From Chlorokybus atmophyticus (Eukaryota; Plantae; Mesostigma and Chlorokybus algae), in NCBI GenBank assembly GCA_009103225.1, contig RHPI01002069.1, positions 1,594,744 through 1,658,743 on the forward strand: a DNA stretch of 64,000 bases. Reading direction: 5' to 3'. Positions 54,901 through 64,000 of the stretch are shown piece by piece (position 1 is the first letter of the stretch; each line of letters opens with the position of its first letter). The notes below the pieces were generated by a model. It made no database searches, was not told the origin of the DNA, and saw nothing but the letters and a program-made list of their open reading frames with translations. The position numbers and the translations under genes were made by a program.

Positions 54901-55904
54901 ACCCGCATGTGCTCTCTTTAGGCGACTGAGCCCAGCACATGGATAGCTTTGTTGCATGGGCGGCGGGCTGTGCTGGTTGGGGACACCTGCCAGCTGGCAC
55001 CAACAGTCATTTCCAGAGACGCGGTGGCTGGAGGATTGAACACCTCGCTCATGGAAAGGGCTGCCTCCCTTCACAATGGGGCGCTGACCCGCATGCTTCG
55101 GACGCAGTATCGCATGCACCCGCACATTGCACTTTGGGCCTCAAACGAGATGTATAATGGCAGGTTGCAAAGGTGAGCTTGCTCGGTGGTTGTGACTTGT
55201 GTGCACAAGCAACATGTTGTAAGGAGACACCTCAACACCCGCAGATTGTCTGCTGTGTTCCTAACTCTGTCGTGCTTTGCAGTGCGTATTTCTTGAATGG
55301 AAGAGTGTTAAGCAAGCGGCCTCATGTGACGCGCACACCCGACACGGAGACTCCTATGCTGTTGTTGGACACAAGGACGGTCACTGGCATCATACCCGAC
55401 TCATGCTTAGAGATGTTAGAGATGAGCGGGTCTTTCCACAATGAGGGCGAAGCTCACATAGTTGCGAGGCATGTACAAGACCTGATGGCTGCAGGGGTGC
55501 CTGCAACCAGCATCGCTGTTGCTTCACCGTACAATGCACAAGTGGAGTTGCTGAAGCAGCGCCTGGCACTTGTACCTGGCTGCAACGCAGTTGAAGTCAC
55601 CAGCATTGACAGCTTCCAAGGCCGTGAAGCCGATGCTGTCATCATCTCCATGGTGCGGTCCAACGACAAGGGTGCTGTAGGCTTTCTTGCTGATGCCCGT
55701 CGCATGAATGTGGCCATCACCCGAGCAAGAATGCACGTAGCCGTAGTGTGCGACACGAAGACGGTCACTAAGCACCCATTCCTGCGGAGACTGGTTCAGC
55801 ACATCAAAAGCTATGGCTGCACCAGATCTGCACATGAAGTTGCGGAAGTCATGACCATCTCACCCCCTGTCCCCATAGAGCAGAGGGGCGCTGTCAGTGC
55901 GTAG
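51980..55904 (+). CDS. SF1B (UPF1-like) helicase, IGHMBP2/SMUBP-2 family, with probable organellar transit peptide; ~7 exons
   Basis: QGPPGTGKT, ASNAAIDNL, VIDEAGQ, VGDTCQLAP, QYRMHP, SIDSFQGREAD and RRMNVAITRAR, on GT-AG-bounded exons. Confidence 0.9.
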
Positions 55905-56748
55905 ACTGTCTGTGCCCTGTAGCAATAGCACTGTAGAAACAGTGTACATACATCTATTCAGTGAGTTATTGTTTTCTCGTTTGCCCTTGCTCAGTTGCTG
56001 CTGTCTTATAATCTGCTTTGCCAGACTGCCATCACATCCACCTGGCAGTTTTATATATATGTGAACTAATGTGAAATTGTCACCGAATAATGTTGCGCAG
56101 CTTTTCACACTCTGATTGCTTTTGATGTTGTCAAATGGCACTAGCTCCTGTTCAAGCTCTGATAAATGCGTCAACCAAAGCATGCATAGGGTCAGAGCAT
56201 GGTTCTCTTTGGTTGCGCAGAATCAATTGGCGTCTCACGCAGCATGCACCAAACGGCCTCTGCTGCAGTTCTTATCCTGATGCTTTACTCAATGACTGTT
56301 TGAGCTACTACAGCCCCTGTGACTTCAGTGTGTTCACGTGTCCAGGGGCTAGATTGTTTACCCAGCGGATGGCTACATTTTGTGACTCACCCATCTGTTA
56401 GTTGTCGGTGTCAACTTCGGAGGGTAGAACGCAAGTATCTCACCTCCATTTAGTGAAAGGGGCTTACCATACACTGACATGGCAAGTACGCAATTTCCAA
56501 AGCGGCGGCAATGCAATGGGTACTCTCCTGGATTTGGGTAACAAGCTATGCAACCGACAGCAAACGGCTGCTCCACGCATGCTCGCACATCCGCACCGTT
56601 CATAGCCAACCAACTTGTGCATTGGGGCAGGAATGCTTATGCATATATCTGATTATATATGCTTAAATTGACGAGCAGCGAACAGCTAAGTAGATTATCT
56701 TATTGGTACATATATACAGGATAGTAGCAGATCACCCATTTCTGCAGA

Positions 56749-57826
56749 TCACTGTCCTGTTGACCCAAAGCCTCCGGCCCCGCGCACGGTGTCGGCCAGC
56801 TGGTCGACCTCCAAGACTTCAGGCGTGACGATGCGTTCGAGGATGAGCTGCGCGACGCGGTCGCCTGGCTTGACGGCGAAGTCGGCGTCGCTGTGGTTAA
56901 AGAGAATAACGCCCACAGGGCCGCGGTAGTCTGCGTCCACCACGCCCGCACCCGTTGCTATCGAGTGTTTCCACGCCAGCCCCGACCGCGGTGCTGTGCA
57001 AAATAAGCTCTTAACAGCAGCATAATAACAAGCCACTGTACCTTTGTTGACGACAATTCACACAAGCAACACTAGAACAGTCTAGTCAAGCTTGCTTATG
57101 CAACGTGTGAGATTATATAAGCTTGCATACATACATATGTAACAAGCAAATGCTTGCAGCTTTGATTGACCAACTTATGTCGACTGATCAATCGGCATGG
57201 CAGCAACTACTTGATCACTTCATAGAAATAACTTGTTTTACGCGAAAGCGTTGCAAGACGGGCTTGGTTGTCGCATCCACAGTCGCTGGCGCAACTGACT
57301 GTGCAGCCAGCAACTCACACTGATGACAAGCTGTTAGCAAGGCGGAGCAATCATGCAGGTGTCTTAGCGTGTGCGCCAGTCAAACTGCAGCCCTCGTACC
57401 TATGCGGGCGTAGGTGTCGGCGGGGATGGCGATGGCGATGTCGGTTGGGACGAGCGCCTTACCCCTGGCGGGCACCACGCACTCTGCTGCGCTATGAAGG
57501 TCGTACCTGAAGTGAAGCAGGTTTTACATGTATGTCAACAGCGCATTCAAGTCATCACGAGGCCACTCAGCAACCAACAGCATACATATAAGCACAAGCT
57601 CAGGCATAAGCATCAACACATGCATGGCAGCATGCTCTCTCAACCAGGCCTCTCACCCGGCAGCGTGGGCAGAGCCCCTGCTCGGCAGCGTGGCCCGCTC
57701 GCTCAATCGCTTCACCTGAAGCACCGGCTTACTTACGCCACCGCCGCACGCCTCAGCGCCGCCACCCACTACCGCCGCCGCCGCCGCCGCCGCCTGCACC
57801 ATCCTGCCGCCCAATTTCCGCTTCAT
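56749..57826 (-). CDS. DUT: dUTP pyrophosphatase, 3 exons
   Basis: [20 protein letters not shown]|YDL..., [36 protein letters not shown]. Confidence 0.95.
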
Positions 57827-57971
57827 TGTGCCGCAACAAACGACTGAAGCTCTTGCAGTGTGAGCCACTTCCCGCCAGAAGCTTGTGCGCAACGCACAAA
57901 GACAATTTGGTCTTGTGCAGTCAGCGCACAAGCAAAAGACAGTGAGCGACGTCACTAGCAAGCCACGTGGC

Positions 57972-57983
57972 ATGCAGCGGCGA

Positions 57984-58015
<32 letters not shown>

Positions 58016-59204
58016 AGGAGGAGGAGCAGGGCCAGGAGGAGCAGTAGGGGTGGGCGATCTGGAGGGGGGTGCTGCGCCGCTGCTGGCCGAGCGGGGCAAC
58101 CGGGCCGGCGGCGAGATGACGGTGGGGCAAGGGTGGCGCTCTGCGCCCGCCGTCGCCGCCCAGGTGGTGGCGGCGGCGGTGCTGGTGATGGTGCTTACGT
58201 GGAGCCTGCACTTCAGGGGTGGTGTGGCTTGGAGTCAACCTGTTCCCCTCATCTTCAACGTGAGCATGCGGAAGCACCCCGTGTATACACTAGTGCAAAT
58301 AATCATGTGACAGCTCATTGTATCAATGCACACAGACTACTAGATAGCTGTTTGTAAAAGTTTGAACACTCGGTGTGCATTTTGTTCCTTGTGTCATTGG
58401 CATTGTAAACTTGACACCTAATGCGGCGCAGTGGCATCCCATCTTGATGGTACTCGGATTGGTCATTCTCCCCAGCGAAGGTAATGACATACACCCTCCA
58501 ATGTCATCCCTTGGAATTCTATCTGATGCCTTGAAATTTATAACGACAAAACAACCACAATGACAACATGCAGCTCGGCATGCTTTGGCATGCTTTGAAT
58601 GAACATGCATCTTTGTACACGTGCAGCGGTGATGGCGTACCGGCTGTTGCCGTTTAGCAAAGTGACGAACAAGAAGGTGCACCTCACCCTACAGGGCACC
58701 GCGCTCGTGCTTGGGATCATTGGCGTGTCAGCCGCCCTGCGCAACCACAACAAGGCCGGCATACCCAACTTCTACTCCCTCCACTCATGGCTAGGCCTTA
58801 TCACCCTCACAGGCTTCACCTTACAAGTGTGTACATGTCTGCTCAGGTCCAAGTCATCATTGCTTGCACGTGTGTCTCATTGTGTACGTATGTCGCAGTG
58901 GTTGAGTGGCCTTGTGGTGTTCCTTCATCCGGGATGTGTGCCTGAGAAGAGGGCGGCGATGTTGCCGTGGCACATGTACTTTGGAGGCTTGTTGTACGCG
59001 TTGGCGCTCGCAACAGCGGCACTCGGCACACAGGAGAAGCTCGCGTTCTTGGAGGCGTTCCCTCCACCGATTGACCGGCGTTCTGCGGAGGCGGTCATGG
59101 CGCAGATCATGGCCATCCTCTTCTTTGTGCTGGGCGGTCTTGTAATGTTCGTCCTCACGCGCCTGCCAAAAAGCGAGATGGAGTACGGACGTCTTATTGA
59201 ATAG
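57972..59204 (+). CDS. Transmembrane ascorbate-dependent cytochrome b561, 4 exons
   Basis: FN|WHPILM, KKVHLTLQ, NFYSLHSWLG, LPWHMYFG and GTQEKL: heme-ligating His motifs of CYB561. Confidence 0.92.
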
Positions 59205-59867
59205 AGGGTTACTGCTTATGGGCCTGGTTGGGCTGCTTGTTCAGTTTTGTTTTGTAAACTTGTATATACTTCGTGGGGTGATTGGCGCTGTGTACTGTCT
59301 GTTGGAGTGGATGCATTTTGCACACTACACCATCGCACCCCCCCTTATATTCACCAGGATGTTCAACTCAGTCTTACTTCTTATCTACCTTCACTACTGC
59401 CCATAACGCGCAACATACATGCATGCATGTGTGATACCTGTACAACAGCCAGGTTTGGTTGGTCGGTGGGTCAGGTGTGGGGACTCAGTTACAGGGCATG
59501 CAGTCAATTGCTCAGATGTGGACATGGAGTGGCAAAATTCCCAATGCTTCAGGTTAGCATCAATTTGCGGCGTCAGGGCTAGGCTGCATCGCAATGGTAA
59601 CCACTCAGGTGGGAAACACGCACCCAAGCGTGTGAAAGCACAGATGCATTATGCGAGGCGTTGGGTAAAATCAGATGCAGCGCTAACTATGCTCATAACG
59701 ACCTTCTGGCTGGACAGCACTTATTTGGTTATTGACAGCTATTGGACTGACATTCAAGGTCACTCCTACGTAGATGTGTGGTACTGTACGGTAAAGAACA
59801 GGACAGGCGAGAAGGACAAGCGATTGTGTGCTGGCAACATTGCTCACGGACGATCACTGCAGTGCTG

Positions 59868-62800
59868 TTATTTGCGAGCAATGACCACAAAGAAATCTGA
59901 AAGGCTCCATCGATGCACCTCACTTTTCTGACCAGGATTGAGAACCCAACCCTTGTCAGCTCCATGGCCCTGATGCTCAGCAACCCTTTTGTATCCCAAC
60001 ACAACCTCCTGCTTGGACAGCCCTCGATACAGCAGATCCCAAAAAGACAGCTCTTCACCTTCGCGCACGTACGCACGCGCTGGTCTTATACGAATGCCCA
60101 TGCGATCGCTCTCAGTCACCAACTCAGACATGACGCGTCCGACCTGGCTGTCTTCTGCCATGTTGGCCAACACCATGGCCTGCATATTGCAACGGGCTTG
60201 ATGTGCAAGTGCTCGAGCTGTATTGCAGGTGCAAGACAACAGTGTGGAAGCAACAAGCATCAATGCTGCAGAATTCCTGAGGCACACTGCAACAAGAAAC
60301 ACACCTGCAGGTCGTCAGGAAGGGTGTAATCGTCAAGCCATGTGGCTCGCACATTCTCAAGGATGGGGTTGCCAGTTTGATGCGCCAGTTCTGCGACAAG
60401 CCTGGAATCATGCCTGCCTCGCTGAGCTTGGATGGCTTTTATGTACATAGCCGTAGCCATCCTGTGCGAGTCACTGTCTGCTCCTGTAGAACTTGCCAAA
60501 TCCATATCACCCTCATCTCCAAGAACTAACACCTTGTCATACTTCTCCAATGGAACCGCCTCCAACTCTCGACGTGCAACTGGATTGCCCTGTGGTAATG
60601 CAAACAGTGTCTCAAGGCGCATCTCGCAAACACGTGGAAGCACAGGCCAGCCATGAGCAACTTAGTACTGTCTAAGACAATACTAAGCGCTGGCCATGTG
60701 GTGCACATAGCATCTACAACAGTGATCTGCATGTAACGCAAGCACAGATGCCAAGCCCATTCTGCTTGCCTGGTAATTGCGCAAGTTAAAGGCGGCTGAG
60801 TCTCGTATGCGCTCCAAACGTGGCTGCCTATCAGAGATGGGAGTCGCGCTCAAGATGGCAACTTCAGATCCTGGACCGATTGTGCGATACAGAGCGAACA
60901 GAATTTCCTCAATGTCCTTTCGCCAACCACAAATTAAAACACTCTGAGCCTTGCGTGTTGTATATGCACTGGCATCTGTATTCTTTGTAGGTGAGTTTGC
61001 TGGTGGCACTGTTGAAGGCATACTGGACGATCCAGGCGAATATGAGTTGTTGTCTTCGGCGATGACCACGATGTTGTCTCCCTTATTCACCACTGTCTCC
61101 CCAGGCGGATTGATTAGAAACTCGCCACTGTTTCTCTGGATGCCACAAGCCACAGCATTGTCAAAAACGAAGGCGACCTCGTCGAATCGCTTGCCTTCCA
61201 ACTCTGGCCAGTGTTTTGAATAGAGCTCCTGCCCTTCAAAGCCCAGCAACTCCTTCAAGACGGCTGCATACCTGCACCCCAAAATAACGTAAGTCTTGGA
61301 TGGTACGTGTAGACACAACAATCGCACATAGCAGAAAGTGTGGATAATCAGTCAACAGGTGCAATGCTTGGTGTTGTGCTACATCCAAGACATGATGTCA
61401 ATGAAGCCACTAGCTTCTAGAGAAGCTTACAAGCGCACGTGACTTGCAATGACTCTAAAGATATGTACCGCAAAACGTACCCAGGGTCACAAGCTTTATA
61501 TACAATCAGTCGGCCTGCCATATGATTTGCAGCAACAGGCACAATCTGATGTTGGGCGATTTTTCGCTCAGGCAAGTGAAGGCCATTGTGAGCAGCTTGC
61601 AAGATCCCGAGGTTGTTCACATCGGTGAACTCTGCAGTGATACTGGCTTGCAAATTTGGCAGCTGTGTCAGCACCATGCATGCCTGCGCACAAAGGACAA
61701 CCGTAAATGTTGATGTCTTGTAGCACCAGGCGTGCTACGCAAGCAGGGTACCTGAGCATACCTGTACAACCTTTGCATCTGCCTCATCTTTATCTCCAAT
61801 CGGGGAGAGAACAATCACCTTTTTTGCAAAAACAGCACCGCACTTTCGCAGATCATCCGGGCAAGACATGTCCCCAGTTCTGGTCACCAACTTGGACTTG
61901 CGAGGGTTTGGGATGGCCTGGTGGAGCGTCTGCTTGCAAACGCCTATGAATCAAGCAGGGCACTTATAAAGCACCGTCCTAGAAACTGAACTATACAAGC
62001 ATGCAATGAATTTGCTACAACACACCGCAAGCTTTGGAATACCTGATCCATTACAGCCTTGTCCTCAGAGCCGAGGACAACAATTGCTGTACCTCCCTCA
62101 GAGGCGTTTGCAAGAGTCAGCTGGTCCACTAGCTGCACGGTTTGAGAAGTCCACCCAACAACCTGTAGTTACAAACATTGCTTGCACTGCACAAGACGGA
62201 AAGTGGTGGGACACATCAACCATGCTATGCTAACCTTCACGCTCAAATGCAGATGCGCTGATTCGTGTCATGCAGCACGTCTGAACGCATGAAGATCTTT
62301 GCATGAGCCTTACGCACCAGTGTATGGTTGGACTCAATAACACGGCCGCCAGCCCGCAGATTGTCCACATGTGTAGAGATCCCGTCTGAGACAAGACCCA
62401 CCAGCAAGGCGAAGAACAGCATGCCACCTATTGTTAAAGGCACACTGACAACCCGCCGGCGAATGGAAGTCTCAGCGCAGTGGGTTCCAGGATCTGCAAG
62501 CAATGCAACCATGCTGTTGCCATTGTGAACGTGTGCTTGCAGCAGCTGTCTGCTAGGACATATGTATAGTACCTGCAACCATAGTCCAAGAGTTCCAAAC
62601 TTCTTCTGGAAAGGAGTTCTTTTCATCAGGGGCACAAAGCAGGCGGTAGGAGGTGGCACCAATCACGGTCATCAAGCAGGTGACACCCAGCAGTACTGCA
62701 GCCTTTGACAATGGGTGCGTTGTTAGGAAGATGTCCAGTGTATACGACACCTTATCTCCTATGGTGGGTCGTTGGTCCAACGTGCTGGTGGCTGTTGACG

Positions 62801-63652
62801 CTACGGGTGGCGGGGGAGCGGCCTGCGATGGTTGGCTGGCAGATCAGTGCGCTGAGCCACATTGTCCTCTGTTTTGACTTTGAAGGCTACCTCATAGGTG
62901 GCTACAGCCAAATGGCTGGTAAGAACTCCCTAGGCAGCTGCCAAAGCAACTGGGTAGGCAATCTGACCGCCACCGCGTTGTTGCGTGTTCTTCTCAGAAT
63001 AAATTGCTCCCATGTGACTTGACAGATTTCTGTACAAAACTTGCTATCTACATGATGCAGATTGTGTCTATGCTCAACCGAGAGAAAGCAGAAGAAGGGT
63101 ATTGAAAATCCGTACTTTGAGCTTTGCACTCGACAGAATGTGTAACTGGGACGGCTTGCACCAACCTGGCGGTATGGCAGCAATGGGCGAATGAGAGGAG
63201 CAGCGCACAACAGCAACGTCACAGCAGCTCCAACGCCGAGCTTGATCAAGTTGTCTTTCTTCCTTTTAGCGTGGGCGCTTCGTCTATCATGCTGCTGATG
63301 ATCAAGATCTGCTGTTGCGCCATCAAGGCGCAACTGCTCACTCCAAGGCCACATACCCGCCCCATCAGCTGCGCCACCAGCAGCGCCGGCAGTAAGCTCA
63401 GCTCGAGGAGGCAACGGACGACCACAAGGCTGACATGCACCCAACCGCCTCCACCTTCCCCCCAGGAACCTCACCCCCAACCTGCTGGTCCAGCTTGCTC
63501 GCACCTGTCCACCGACCCAAGACTGCCCAGCACGTCCTTTAAGCGCTCCTGCATCCAAAAGACACCGCGTGCTGTGGACAACAATGCGATGAGCTGCCCG
63601 ACCATCGGAGGCAGCGACCGCCGCCGCCGCCGCCACCGCCAAACTCCCCATG
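59868..63652 (-). CDS. CASTOR/POLLUX (DMI1)-like cation channel, multi-exon
   Basis: SYTLDIFLTTHPLSKAAVLL, WNSWTMVA|DPGTH (filter region), GGMLFFALLVGLVSDGI, VIESNHTL, ELLGFEGQELYSKHWPELEG..F.EV, ILICGWRKDI and VPLEKYDKVLVLGD. Confidence 0.85.
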
Positions 63653-64000
63653 GCTTCCACCACCAATTCTGCTACCCGGTAGCTACGTGCATGCCTGCCT
63701 GTTTACTTGCGCGACGTGACGCCACCCAACGACCTATAGTGTGAACGGCACTGATCCAGGCGATCCTACTGATCCAGGGCTAGTGACTCAGACAATCTGC
63801 TACGATCCTGCGATCATGGGTTCAGAGTTTTGTGGTTTGAACCAGTGAACTTCGGGTTCAGTCGCTGACCGCGTTCCTTTTCAGTAACGTCAGCAGTCTG
63901 CTGCATGCATGTGGCTAGGCGGCGGCGGCGGTGGCGGCGGTGGCGGCGTGGTGGCGGCGGCGGTGGGGGTTGGTCCGGGCGGCGGCGGCAGGACTGGACG

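Overview
Eukaryotic, intron-rich scaffold with N gaps. The mix of motile-cilia genes, a plant-type SF1 with an RRM and a CASTOR/POLLUX channel suggests an early-diverging streptophyte or other green alga (inference). Host genes: SF1/BBP (-), TANGO6/Rtp1-like (-), a divergent DRC10/IQCD-like gene (+) with a TE-filled ~8 kb first intron, an apparent CFAP298-KH fusion gene (+), an IGHMBP2/SMUBP-2-like SF1 helicase (+), dUTPase (-) head-to-head with cytochrome b561 (+), and a CASTOR/POLLUX-like channel (-). The centre (31872-50830) is a single 19 kb Ty3/gypsy chromovirus insertion with paired LTRs and a GAAAG target-site duplication. Nested in it is a second, degenerate gypsy element encoding a C5-cytosine methyltransferase between protease and RT, and a PHD finger after integrase. 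Two unrelated miniature LTR elements (TRIMs) sit in this cluster. In both, an RNA Pol III A-box lies in the LTR and the B-box lies in the internal region just after the primer-binding site, so only the 5' LTR plus internal sequence forms a complete tRNA-type promoter. I consider this the most novel-looking signal. Also present: a 5'-truncated Penelope-like RT, a pogo transposon, a MITE and a ~125 bp satellite. All protein family calls come from recalled motif similarity, not database searches.
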